Source of the DNA: Phyllosticta citribraziliensis
Taxonomy: Eukaryota
Direction of reading: 5' to 3'
Assembly: GCF_038025025.1 (NCBI RefSeq)
Contig: NW_027117354.1
Coordinates: 62,001 to 126,000, forward strand
DNA length: 64,000 nucleotides
Position numbers and translations under genes: made by a program
Notes under the pieces: generated by a model
The model's database searches: none
Seen by the model: the letters and a program-made list of their open reading frames with translations, nothing else
What the model was told of the DNA's origin: nothing
Shown here: positions 25,987 to 38,943 of the stretch, piece after piece
Position numbering within the stretch: position 1 is the stretch's first letter
Layout: each line of letters starts with the position of its first letter

Positions 25987-27581
25987 GTTGAGCGGAGTGT
26001 GGGGAAACGGAAACGCAGCAGCGAGTGGATGGAATGGATGGGCTCGTTGGTACCGTGGTTGCGATGCGATGCGATGCAGACAGAACGCGAGCCAACACCA
26101 ACGGCCGGGGCGCGCCAGTCTAGCGAGGCGAGGCGAGAGATGGTGCGCAGACAGCGCTCTGGCTACATACACAAGTCGTGATCGGCAGCAAAGTCGTGGC
26201 GAGCGCAGGCGGGCGGGGACAAGAAGCAATCCGTGGAGAGGAATCGAGCCGAGATTGGGGACTGGGCGCGGCGGACACGGCGGGTTTTTAGGGTCGCTGG
26301 TCAGTGGTCGGAAACGAGATGCGTACGGTAGAGGAGGGTTGAAGCGGAGGAGTGGCTGCGGTGTCGGTCGGGACCAAAGGGGCGGACAGGACAGGACAGG
26401 CACAGGGTCCTTGGTCAAATCAAATGAAGATGGCAATGAATGAACAAAGCTTCGTGCGGATCAGAGTGAGAGTGATCGAGTCGGTGCCAAGCGACGAGTG
26501 CCATGTTGGTCTCTCGGGGACGAGGAATGGATCGGCGGCGTCATCAATGTCGACGGGAGAGACGGGGACAGCAGGTGCATGTTACGCAGCATGTTGTAGA
26601 GCAGCAGCTCGAGGACCGGACTGCAAGTGACCGGGGGCCGGGGGGTCAGTGGTCAGGACCTATGGCCGGGGGACGTGATGGAGGGGGAACGTGCTGGGTT
26701 CCGGCAAAAGTCACGTCTCGTCAGTCAGTCGTCGCTCGGCGGACGTCGATGGCTTGGGAGAAGCGAAGCGAAGGGAAGCGAGAGCGGAGAGAGAGAGAGA
26801 GACTGGCTTTTGAATCGCCGTTTGCCGCGGCTGATGCGACATGGTGCGAGCGAGAGGAATGGGGGGGTTGATTGATGTTATTAGAAGATGTTTGTCCGCT
26901 GTGAGGCGCGAGGTTTCAGACGGCTTCTTGTGACGTTGGGGATGAAGACAGGAAATGAGATGAAGGAGGAAAAAAGAAAAGGACAGAATCGTCAGGCTGT
27001 GCATTGGAGAGATCATGTTGGAAGTGCTAGCCAAGGTAATAAGGTCAAGTGTTTCGCCCGGGGCGCCACTGTTGTAGGAGGGAGCATCGCATCGTACCGT
27101 AGGCAGAGTGAATTACCAAAGCAACGCACTGATGAGGACCGACTTCCCTGCTCTGCCTCTGCCTTGCAGTGCCGCTGCAAATCACCACTCGAAGTCTGTA
27201 TCTCACAACATCTTCAACCCTCCACCTCAAGATCATGTCCACTCTGCTCTGCCTCTTTGGCCCCCCCTCTTGACCGACTCGATCCGGCAGCCTCGTCCGC
27301 CGTCTCCCCATTTCCCCGTCCCCAGGGCAGTCAAGTCCCTAGGTTGAGGTGGCTTCGTCACACTCACTCAGGTCCGCTCCGCTGCCTCGTCCGACCGACG
27401 GCACCGACTGGACTGAACAATTTGCCTCGCCGCTCCGAGCCTCGACTCCTCCTCCTCCTCCTCACCAACTCCCGTCTCCATCGCCGCCTGCTCGTCGCTG
27501 CTTCCTCCTCCTCTCACATCCTCCGCCCGCACTTGATTTTGGATTCGCTCCACGTCGGTTCCAGTGCCGGCCGGCCCAGCC

Positions 27582-29847
27582 ATGTCCACCCCTTCGACCG
27601 CGACCGCGACCCTCCCGCCTCACCAAACCTATCCCTACCACCAGGCCTGGCAGCCGTCCGTGCCGCAGCATGTAAACGCCAGTTCGCGTCCCTCTTCCAA
27701 CGCTTACTACAACAACGCCTATTCCGGCTCAGACTTGCGCCGGACCGCAACCGTCAACGCGCGTCAGCCCGCGCCGCCGCCGCCCCAGCAGCAGCAGCAG
27801 CAGCAGCAGCAGCAATCACAACCCGAGTACTCGCAGCAATACCTGCCCGACCAGACTCGAATGTCCGACATGCCCTCCCGCCGCCGCGAACATCAGCCGA
27901 ACTGGGACGAATTCTACAAAAACGGCATTCCAAAGGAGGTCATCGTCATTGATGACTCTCCAGAGCCACAGCCCGCGAGATCCGCTGCCGCAGACAACTC
28001 CGCTCGCCATGCCGACAAGAAACGCAAGACGGCTGCCTCGACCGCCTACGACCCAGTCTACCAGCAGCAAACTTCGTACTCGACCACCCAGACGCCATAC
28101 TACGACACCCCATCCAATCACACCGTCTCGACCGACAGGACCGCCTCGGCCATTCACACGACCGCCTCCACCTCGCTAGGCTCGTCCGTCGGCAATGCCG
28201 CCGCCAACAAAATAGAAGACGGAGTCGTGGGCCAGAAGCGAAAGCGGACCACCCGCAGGACGGCACAAGACGAAGCAAAGGAGGCCAAGCGGAGAGAAGC
28301 CGATCAGGAGCGCGAACACTGGACTGCCTACGTGCCTCCACCTCAGCCTCCGATCAAGGCAAAGGAGGTTTACGTCAAGGCTGTTGGTGACGTAAGTCGA
28401 TCACCTACATCGAATTTCATCTTCTGACCATTCGCAGAGAGGCCGCACGAACGAAAAGGTTGATGATGAGGACGGGCACTACATTGTGCACGCCGATGCC
28501 GACTTGACTGAGCGATGTAAGCGTGCCGTCGTAGAGACGTAGCCAGTGCTAACATGTCCAGATCAAATCATCAAACTGCTCGGCCAAGGAACATTTGGCA
28601 AAGTCGTCGAGGCGTACGACAGGCGCTTGCGCAACAAATGTGCGATCAAGGTCATCCGGTCGGTCCAGAAATACCGTGATGCATCACGCATCGAACTCCG
28701 CGTCCTCTCGACGCTCAAGCACAACGACGACGCCAACCGGAACAAGTGCATTCACCTGCGCGACTGCTTCGATTATCGGAATCACATTTGCATCGTCACC
28801 GACTTGTATGGGCAAAGTGTTTTTGACTTTCTCAAGTCGAATCAATTTGTGCCCTTTCCCAGCACGCACATTCAGACCTTTGCTCGGCAGTTGTTTACGA
28901 GCGTGGCTTGTAAGTTCCGTCGCTTTCGATCTACATGCTAGATTTTTACTGACTTTTCCAGTCCTCCACGATCTGCATCTCATCCACACAGATTTAAAGC
29001 CCGAGAATATATTGCTCGTCAACAATGCTTACCAAACATTCACCTACAACCGCACCATCCCATCATCCTCGGCCACCATCAGCCGGTCGGCCCGTCATCG
29101 CAAAGTTCTTCTCAATCCGGAAATCCGGTTGATTGACTTTGGTTCTGCAACCTTTGATGACGAATACCACTCGTCGGTCGTCTCGACACGACACTATCGG
29201 GCGCCTGAAATCATCCTCAACCTCGGCTGGAGTTATCCGTGCGACATTTGGAGCATTGGATGCATCTTGGTTGAATTTTTCACTGGAGATGCCCTGTTCC
29301 AAACGCACGACAATCTGGAGCACCTTGCCATGATGGAGGCAGTGTGTGGAGGCAAGCTCGACAGACATATCGTCAGACAGGTCACTGCAAAGGATAGGGG
29401 TTCATCACGCAACCCAGCTGCACAGTAAGTTTTGATTGACTTTTGATTGACTTGGCTGACCCTCTTAGATACTTCAAGGGACAGAAGCTTGATTACCCAA
29501 ATTCGGAGACGGCCAAAGGCTCTAAGAGATACGTCAAGGCCATGAAGAAGCTGCAGGTATGTTACCCACTGCCCAAAAACTTACAGCATCTAACCGACCA
29601 GGAAACCATTCCTCCCCACACCCAATTCAACGTTCAATTCCTTGATCTTCTCAGGAAGATTTTCGTCTACGATCCCTCAAAACGCATCACGGCCAAGGAG
29701 GCCTTGAACCACCCCTGGTTCAGCGAGAGGATCGAAGACGACGGCACCGAGGCCCTCAAGATTCGCAAGAGACAGGACAAGTTGCGGACCGAAAAGGCGA
29801 CAGCCGATGGGTTGGTGCACAATAGGGCTTTGGGTCTTCGATCATGA
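27582..29847 (+). CDS. lkh1: LAMMER dual-specificity protein kinase (Lkh1/Kns1/CLK family)
   Basis: [10 protein letters not shown] start. Motifs [32 protein letters not shown] and the signature [11 protein letters not shown]. Five short GT-AG introns (~28392-28437, 28517-28561, 28909-28960, 29426-29469, 29556-29601). Confidence 0.95.
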
Positions 29848-30486
29848 CAGCGCCCCCAATTTTGACGACTTTTCTTACGAAAGGAGCATCCACGGAAACC
29901 CCAGTCACCCAGGAGAGGGTAGGAGTTTGAAGGGTCATGTTTTTTTTCCATCAGTTACACTGCATACCTTTTTTTTTCTTTCGATTCAGACAGACAAAGG
30001 GCCCGGTTACATTGAGCGACTTGTATACCAAGGGTGCCATTCGATTCAGCGTTTTGATTGAGATGACGTTTTGGTTCACGATTTGATCCAGGCGTGACCT
30101 AGAGACGGATGAGATACAAAATGGGTTGACATGGCCGAGGGGGGATCATGGCCAGGGTATTGAAGGGCCAAGGGCCACAGACCACAGGGCCAGGGCTGTT
30201 AGCAGGGTCTTTGAGCAGGCGACAGAGTGTCTTGCAATTCGAGATTAATGCCGTGCCTCGACAAACAAAACAAAGGCTTGAGCTGAAGATTTGATCAACA
30301 ACGGAGACGGCAGCGATGGGTGACATGACTCGAGTGTTGGTGCCCAGCGTTGGAGGTCATCCCCGGTGATCTGCGGCTAGGCGGTGAGGCAGCGGGCGGA
30401 CTTCCGCAGCACCTCCGCTCCGCCCGCCGCAAGGAAGTGTAAACACTGAATGCGACGCGACACGCTTCTCGCCCAACGCCCTCACC

Positions 30487-31655
30487 ATGGCGAGCGCAAA
30501 GCAAGTAGAGACGGCGCTCCTGACGGAGCACTTTCGCTACACGCCTCTGGTATATCATAGTCACCAACCGCCGCGGGCAACACACACTGACACTCGGCAG
30601 ACGCTCATCGACCAAATCATCAACATGATCAACGAGCTGCTGCAGCACGCCGTCGACGCGATCGAAGCGGGACTCCTCAACACGGCGCCGGAGCACCTGG
30701 GCTTCGCGGCCAAGGCGGCGGCGCAAAACACGATCCCCGACACGGACGGCGAGGGCCGCCCGCTGTTCCCCGAGATGCGGCGCGAGGTCGAGGAGGGCGT
30801 GCACCAGCTCGAGACGCTGCTCGAGGCGCATGTCGACCGCAACTTTGACAAGCTGGAGATCTGGACGCTGCGGAATATTTTCACGGTCGAGAGGGAGGTT
30901 GTGCCGTGGGTGCGGTTGAAGCATTACGAGGTATGCGTGCGTGCGTGGTGGGGAGGCAGGCTCGTTGAAGATGGTGGTTGCTGACGGTGATTTTGCAGGA
31001 TATACAGATTCCCGACGCGGATTCGAAGCAGCCGACGCCCGAATCCGTCCAGGCGCTCCGGCAGAAGGTGCTGGAGACGTCCAAGCTGCAGACGGCGCTG
31101 CTGGTGGAAAAGGCGCGCAACGAGGCGCTGCTCACACAACTGCGCAGCCTACTTGGCGCCCCGACGACAAAAAGAGAACCGACGGCGTCCCCCCGAGCGA
31201 CAGACAATGGCGGCAGCAACAGGAGGGAAGAAAACGAGGGACAAGCATCTGCGTCGCTGGGCTTCCTATCAACGGGGCCGGCCGCACAGGCGCTGGGAGT
31301 CAGTTCGACACTGGCGACGACCGAGGCTGGGACGGCCGCCGCGCGCAACAACGAGCCGCTCAAGACCAACACGGCGTTCACGCTGTCGCAGCTCCCGGCG
31401 CTGCGCTCGCTGCTCGAGGCGCTGCGGCCAAAGGTGGCGGCGCTGGGGCCGTCGGCGGCCGGCGGCGAGTTGTCGCGCGAGCGCAGAGACTACATTGAGA
31501 GGCAGACGCGGCGGCTGCTGGAGAGGCGCGGGGTCGATGTCAAGAATGGCGAGGGCAGCGTCGAGGGCATGGGCAGGAGGATTGCGCCGGAGGAGGTCAG
31601 GGGCATGGAGGAGGTGGCGAGTATGGTCGGGCAGGGGGACAGGATGGAGGAGTGA
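30487..31655 (+). CDS. MIS12: Kinetochore MIND complex subunit Mis12/Mtw1
   Basis: LLTEHFRYTP(L)TLIDQIIN..N and EVEEGVHQLETLLE..VDRNFDKLEIWTLRNIF. Introns 30550-30600 and 30931-30998. Confidence 0.93.
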
Positions 31656-32407
31656 TGTTTAGTGATGTGATACCCGTATTGAGGCGTTTGTTGGAGTTGG
31701 AGACAGTGGTAGCAGGCATCAAGTCCGGTCAGCAGGGTGGAGGGAGGTGCGGGCACGGACGAGGCGCCGACAGACAGACAGACGCACCAATCACAAGGCC
31801 ATGGGCGGGCCACGAGCTGAGGTGGGGATTCGGTTCGACGACGTTCTGCTCGAGCACATGAAGTGAAGTTGTTGAGTGCCGTGATGGGGCGTCTGGGGGT
31901 GGCGATGAGAGAGCGGTTTAGCGTCGCCAAGCAGACGTTGCCTGGAGGTCTGGTGGTGTCTGCTGGCCTGGCCTGGCCTGCCCTGCCCTGCTTTGCTGTG
32001 CTGTGCTGCTGCTGTGCCAGACTGATGCATACGTCCATGGGCTGACTGCACTCCTCTTTTTTTCTGTCCGTCTGCATCTCCAGTCGGCCTGATTTTCTAC
32101 TTTGACCACGTCTCACTCACTCACTCCATCCTCATCTCCATCTCCTCCGACGACGACGACAGCGCGCACGCACACACGCACGCATCTCGCCGTCTCGTCT
32201 CGACTCATCCCAACAACCCAACCCAACCTAAGCCAGCCAGCGAGCGCGTCGTCCCGCCCGGCCTCTGCCGCAGGCTTGAATCATCCATTCACGGCACCCA
32301 TCCGATCCCTTTGACAAGCTACCGTCCCCGACCGACCTACGTCAACGTTTCCGCGCAAGCAGTGGTTCCAATTTGCTTTAGCTTGCTTCGTCCAACCACA
32401 ACCAACC

Positions 32408-35400
32408 ATGCCCTCCTCAGACGCTCTGCAGCCCAATGAGAGCGCCCATGGCCCAACCTTGAAGCCTGCCCTCTCCAAACCGGACAACAGCGACCAACAG
32501 CTCGCCAGCCCGAGGGCTGCTGCCGCCTCCAAATGTGAGTTTATTTTCTCTTTTCTCTTCTTTCTTTTTTTTTTTTTTCTTCTGCTGTTGTTGCTGCATA
32601 TTTTGGAGCTTCACTTTGGCGCCGTTCCTGCATCTGCTTTGCGTCATCCCGGTCCAGTCCAGGCAGTCCACAATCCACCATTCCACGCGCCGGCATGCTG
32701 CTTGCTTGCCGCACGTGAGGACTTTCCTGATCCAACCAACCGCCCCGACGCCGGATGCTCATCCAGTTTCATGGCCGCTACACGCAACGATTGGGGATGC
32801 AGCAAAATATTGGCCATGACGAATTGCCCTTGCGCCCAATGCCGCAGAGCCTCGACGACGACGCGTTTGGAGGCCAGCAGCAACGTTATCGCCAGCTTAT
32901 CAGCCCACTCGCCCACCTCACAGGGTCGCCCAGGGCAGGCAAAATGTCGAGTGAATTCTTTGGCTCGTTTGTGACACCCTCGCCGGGGCAGCTTATCTAC
33001 TCGCTCGGATCCACTGGTTACTCGGTCGTCTCTCTTCCACTATTCGCCGCGCCTGGGTACACTTGGGACAGACGTCACCGCCGTCGCCGCCGCCACCACC
33101 ATGATGATGCCGCTTTTGGACCTGTTTTCGAAAATGAGCTGTATTAACAAGTCTGCAGTTGTGACCATTGCCGAGCCCGAGAGCATCTCGCCGCTCATGG
33201 AGGGCCGCCACAAGGACCTGCCCGACGACGACGACGCCTTCGCCCTCGAGCGCGTCCCGTCCAAGCAGCAGCACCGCGTCAAGATTGGGAGACGCCTGCA
33301 GGGCCGTCCCTCGAATGAGCGCAGCAACTCGTCCAACCCCAGCCTGGCCGAGAGCGCCCTGTCCAACGTTTTGGCCGAGGATGGCGCCCACCGCGGCGGC
33401 CATTCGCATGAGAATCTGGTTTCTCAGGTCGCCGCGTGGGTCAAGCAAGAGAAAGCTCGTCGCGCGGCGCGCAGGAGCAAGCGCGCGGCAAAGGCGGCGT
33501 CGACTGCTGAGCGGAGCGTTGAGGTGGCGCAGACGGACGGGACGTGTGAGACCAAGCCCAGACGCGACTCGGACAGCTCTGAAGGCTCGACTGCGCTCGA
33601 CAATCTGGAGACGCTTGTTGAGTCGAGCCTGTCGCTGCTCACTCATGAGGGGCGTCGCGCGGGACACCGCATTGGTCGCAGGCTGCGGCGCCACTCGACG
33701 GCGGCATCATCCGACAATGAAGACCTCGAAGTACAGGTCCCCAATGTCGACGCGTGGCTCGACAATTCGCGCACGCTGGCCTACTCGGGCGGCAAGAATG
33801 AGGAGGACGTGGACGAGACGTTGACGCCCGGCTCGCGCAAGGCCAAGGAGAAGCAGGCGTGGGCGACGTTCAAGTACGAGATTGTGCGGCTGGCGCACAC
33901 GCTCCGGCTCAAGGGATGGCGCAAGATTCCCATGGAGATGAGCAACGAGATTGAGGTCGAGCGGCTGAGCGGCGCCCTGACCAACGCCGTCTACGTCGTC
34001 ACGCCGCCCAAGAAGCTGCCGTTGACGGCCGACGAGGAAAAGGAGGTGCGGCCTCGCAATCCTCCCATGTGAGTCCACCTCTACAACAGTTGAACAGTGA
34101 CTGACGTGGTATGTAGCAAACTGCTGCTCCGCATCTACGGTCCGCAGGTCGAGCACCTCATCGACCGCGAGTCGGAACTGCAGATTCTGCGGCGCCTGGC
34201 GCGCAAGCGCATCGGCCCGCGGCTGCTGGGGACGTTTAGCAACGGACGCTTCGAGGAGTACCTCCACGCGCGCCCGCTGACGCCGCAGGACCTGCGCAAC
34301 CCGGACACGTCGATGCAGATTGCCAAGCGCATGCGCGAGCTGCACGAGGGCATCGACCTGCTGCCGCAGGAGCGCGAGGACGGGCCCTTTGTCTGGCGCA
34401 ACTGGGACAAGTGGGTGAACCGCTGCGAGCAGATTACCGAGTGGCTGGACGCGCAAATCGAGCAGCAGTCCAACAACGACGGCGAAGCAGCGGCGCCGGC
34501 AGCAGACGGCAAGCTCAACGCGTGGAGGCGCCGCGGCTTCGTGTGCGGCGCGCAGTGGAAGGTCTTCCGCGCCACGGTCGACAAGTATCGCCGCTGGGTC
34601 GAGGAGCAGTATGGCGGCGCCGAGAAGCTCAAGGACAAGCTCGTCTTTGCGCACAACGACACGCAGCACGGCAATATTCTGCGGCTGGTGCCGCCGGGCG
34701 ACTCGCCGCTGCTGCTGCCGGCCAACGAGCACAAGCAGCTGGTCGTCATTGACTTTGAGTACTCCAACGCCAACACGCCGGGCTTTGAGTTTGCCAATCA
34801 CTTTGTGAGTTGTCCTTGTCTTACCTGGGGGGTTGTGGTTGTTGTTGTGGTTTTTGTGGCGGTTGGCTAATAAGATACAGGCCGAGTGGTGCTACAACTA
34901 CCACGACCCGCACGCCTCGCACGCCTTCAACGTGCCCGCCTACCCGTCGCTCGCCGAGCAGACGCGCTTCATCCGCAGCTACGTCACGCACCGGCTGTCG
35001 GCCGTGCAGCAGTCGTCGTCGTCCACCCACTCGCAACCTGCGTCCGCCATGGCGCCCATCTCGCCGCTCCTGCAACCGCACCACCCCTCATCACAACCAC
35101 AACAATCTTCCTCCCTACCACAATCATCACAGACCCGCCCCTCCCACACCCCCAACCCCCCCTCCACCTCGTCCATCACAACCTTCATGCTCGACTCGCG
35201 CGCGCCGCCGCAGCAGTGGCGCGACGCCGAGGAAAGAGAGGAACGCAACGTCAACGCCGTCGTCGAACACCTGCTCGCCGAGACGCGCCTGTGGCGCATG
35301 GCCAACTCGGCGCAGTGGGTGGCGTGGGGCATCGTGCAGGCGACGGTGCCGGGGCTGCCGGATTTCTTTGGCGCGGCCGACGCAGAGAAGAAGAAGCAGG

Positions 35401-35654
35401 ACGAGGGGGAGCAGCAGGAAGAGGAAGACTACATCAACGGCAACGGCAACGGCAACGGCGAGCGCCGCGCCTCCGCCGCCGCAGCGGCAACGACCGACGA
35501 AGACGCGTTCGACTACCTCGGCTACGCGCAGGAGCGCGCGCTGTTCTTCTGGGGCGACGCCGTGCAGTTGGGCATCGTGGAGAGGGGGGAGCTGGAGCTG
35601 GAGCGCGTCATGAGCGAGGAGATGAGGGCGAGGGTCAAGGTTGTGGAGTCGTAG
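32408..35654 (+). CDS. CKI1: Choline/ethanolamine kinase
   Basis: Motifs RLSGALTNAVY, LLLRIYG, IGPRLLGTF.NGRFEE, Brenner motif FAHNDTQHGNIL, VIDFEYS, FANHFAEWCYNY. Introns 32535-33158, 34069-34116, 34805-34880. Confidence 0.92.
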
Positions 35655-35684
35655 GTTGAAGGTTATGAGGATGAGGATGAGGAT

Positions 35685-35705
35685 GGGGGGGGGGGGGGGG
35701 GGGGG
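35685..35705. repeat. Poly-G tract (21 nt)
   Basis: Homopolymer in the choline kinase 3' region. Confidence 0.95.
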
Positions 35706-36024
35706 AAGGGAAGGGGGAGGGATTTGAGGGGGAATGGCTAACGGCTGACGGCTGATGGCTGCTTGATACGGATGGTGGATCACGGCTGCTATGGATGACG
35801 GATGAATGGGATGAATGGATAGATAGAGAGATGCGTGCATGCAAGCATGGATAGATAGATAGCTACACCCACCCACCCCCTGCAAGCGCAGGCAGATATT
35901 TTCAGACGAAGTAAATGGCGAAATCATGAATTGCAGTCAGGCAGGCAGGCAGACAGGCAGACAGACAATAAGATAATTTGTGTGGTGTGGGTGTGTTGTA
36001 ACCCCTGTGTAAGGTAGGTACATA

Positions 36025-36056
36025 GGCTACCGAGGCTACCGAGGCTACCGAGGCTA
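36025..36056. repeat. (GGCTACCGA)n 9-bp tandem repeat
   Basis: About 3.5 copies between the convergent choline kinase and elongase genes. Confidence 0.9.
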
Positions 36057-36268
36057 TGAAGGTTGTACTGTAGGTAGCAAGGTAAGCAAGGTAGCAAGCT
36101 CCCCCATCTTCTTCAACGGCCATGACTAAACCCGACTGCTCGCTCACTGTGTCTCTCTCCCCCGTCTCTTTGATGGACCGACTCCCCCCGTCTCTTGGGC
36201 TCTTTCTCTCTCTCGCCTTGCCCTCGGCCTGACTGACTGGCTGGCTGACTGACTGACCAGCTCGCTCG

Positions 36269-38242
36269 CTAGTGCTTGACCATGTCCGCGTAGCTCGCAG
36301 CGTGGCCATTGCCATTGCCGTTGCCATTGCCGTTCGCATGCCCATTCGTATGACCATTGACATGGCCATTACCATTCCCATTACCATTACCCCACCCCTC
36401 GCCCTCGCCCTCCTCCTCCTCCTCCTCCTCACTACCCTCACTACCCTCACCGGCCCCCTCCTCCCCCCACACGCCCAACCCCCGCGCCCGCTCGGTCAAA
36501 AACCGCAACGCGCGCGCGCCCACCTCCTTCGCCTTGCCCTTCGCCCCACTCAGCCCCCTCTCCACGTCCGCGACCGCGTTCGCGACCAGCAGCCGCGGCG
36601 CGGCGTTGTCCTTGATCAGGAACTGCAGCCGCTGCAGGTCCTTCTGCAGCTGCGGCGGCAGCGCGGCCCACTCGGCGCGCTCGATCGACGTGCCGAAGCC
36701 TTCGACGCGGTTCGCGGTGCTGCGGGCGGCGTCGGACGTTGCGGCGGCGGCGGCGGAGGGTTTGGTTGGTTTGGTGGTTTGGGGGGCGGTGCTGGTGCGT
36801 TTGAGGTACGAGCGAATGAAGAAGCGGGTGAAGAGCATGCTGTGTGTGCGTTAGCTTCTTTCTTGCTGTGATGTGGTTTGAGACTGGATGAGGGAGGGGC
36901 ATGGATGGAGGGAAGGAAAACAAACGCACGTCAGCGGCATCAGGTAGATGACATTCAGCCAGATGGCAAACGACTGGCCCGTCGTGTCGATGCAATTCAC
37001 TTTGACATACTCCTTCCGCCACCTCGTCTCCTCGACGACCTCACCACCAGCCGAGCCCGCTGCGCCACCACCGACGCTGCCCGAGTCATCGCGCACGTTC
37101 TCGGCCAGCCCCTCTTCGCCGGCGGCGCGCAGCAGAATCTTCTTGAAGGCAGGCCAGCTGGCGCCGGCCGCGGCGACGGAGCCGGCTGATGCGGCGGCGG
37201 CGGATGCTTCAGAGGCCAGCGACTCGACGGCTGCCGTCGCTTTGTGTAGGATGGTGTAGGGTGTTGAGACGGGGATCGTGTAGGCGACGAAGAGGTGCAC
37301 CATGGCGAAGGAGGCGCCAATCACAAACTGCGCAATCTGCATGGTCGTCAAGGTGCGCTTGAGGCCTTGGGGGACGCGCACGCCCAGCGCGGCAAACGTG
37401 TAGTACGTGTACTGCAAACAATTAGTTTTGTGGATTTGGGTGAGTTGAAGCAGGGGACGTACCATGAGCGCGTGGATGCCCGAATTGATGTAGACAAACA
37501 TCCAAATGGGCGGCGACATGAAGCGGATGCCGGCCCACATGCACAGCATGGCGCCGGCGTGGTGGTACGTCTGCAGCGTGGAGCTGCGCTTACCCTTTGC
37601 CAGGATGATGGCCGTGTCGAGCACCTCGTAAAACTTGGACAGATAAAACAGCCACCCCCAGAACGCGAGGCCCTCGTTCCAGAGCCGGCCCACGTCGGTA
37701 GGGTCCGGTTCGCCATTGACCCCCAGGTGCAGCGCCGCGTTCTTCATCTCCCACGCGCTGTTCGTGCTGTTGAACGTCGCCGCGTCGCCCAGCCCGCGCG
37801 GCCCGTTCACCTTGCAGTACGCGTCGACGTTTTCCACCACCCCGCTCTGGAAGCTGGTGGCGCTCCTGAAGCCGGGCGTGATGCGCAGCAGGGCTCCAAA
37901 CATGGCCACGTTGGTGATTGCCGAGTAGAGGGCGAGGAAAATGTTGTGGGCCAGCACGAACGCGTAAAAGGCCTTGGACTTGCTGATCGGCCATGGCTTG
38001 TTGCCGCGCGAGCGGTTGTAGGCATTGAGGGCGGTGACGGTGACGGCGTATATCGAGGCAATTGTGATGGGGACGGCGGCGGAGAGGGCCTTGTTGTAAA
38101 TGTCGGCGTCAATGGCAAAGGGCGCCCTCCAAATGAGGGTGTCGTCGGCGGGAGGAGGCGCAAGAGCCGGAGGAGCCCAGTCTGGAGGGAATTTGAACAG
38201 GCTCGGATCGGGCAGTTGGAGGTGCAACTGAGGACCCGACAT
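36269..38242 (-). CDS. GNS1/SUR4 (ELO) family fatty acid elongase, divergent filamentous-fungal subtype
   Basis: Motifs FYLSKFYEVLDT, LQTYHHAGAM, NS.IHALMYTYY, LTTMQIAQF. Multiple TM segments. Introns 37412-37462 and 36840-36929. Confidence 0.92.
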
Positions 38243-38943
38243 GGTGGTGGTGGCACGCGAGACGGTGGTGAGCGGAGGTTGCGCGCCGGTGCTTCAACGG
38301 CTGTCCATGCAGGGAGAGCTTGAGCTCGGACGGGCGACGAGGTTGAGGTGCTGGCAGTGGAGAGGCACGAGACCAACTCCTGTGGTGAGGTGAAGGTGAG
38401 GTGAGAGTAATGTATCGAGAGTGGACGGAGAGACAGAAGACAGGGAACGTGGAGACGACTCGAAAATAATATGGCGGGCGCAACGGAAAAAGATCAGCAT
38501 GACGTTGGCGACGCAGCGCCCCAACACTTTCTCCCAGCATCCCGCGTCGGACCGCTCCTGGCCCAAGCCCCGGCCCCTTGACCCGCCAGGATGCTCTGTT
38601 CTCACATGCAACATCCATCCATCCATCCATTCATCAGTTCGCATCATGGCATTCTCTTGACCTGCATTCTCCACGTCAAATCCATCCGTCCATCTCGTCG
38701 ACCTTCCGCACCACGTCTGTCTTGTCCCGCCCCGTCTCGTCGCTCGGCCCAGCTCGTCTTCGTCTTTCACCTCGGCAACTCGGGACGCCATGATAGGTCA
38801 AACCGCTCGTAGCGTCCAACCGGCCATATCAAACTTTGAGCCCAACAATTTCACAGCGTCTGCATAATCTCAACTGCCGGACATGTCTGCCCGTCCAATT
38901 GATCGTTGCCACAATCTCTCTTGTACTCGCTGCTCGCGTCGAT

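Noticed and set aside
26888..27952. 354-codon ORF overlapping the LAMMER kinase start
   Set aside because: Low-complexity Arg/Pro/Leu translation of a pyrimidine-rich 5' region and an off-frame reading of the kinase; no independent coding evidence.
29811..29850. Possible extra terminal intron changing the LAMMER kinase C-terminus
   Set aside because: Only 40 nt, with a weak donor and no good branch site.
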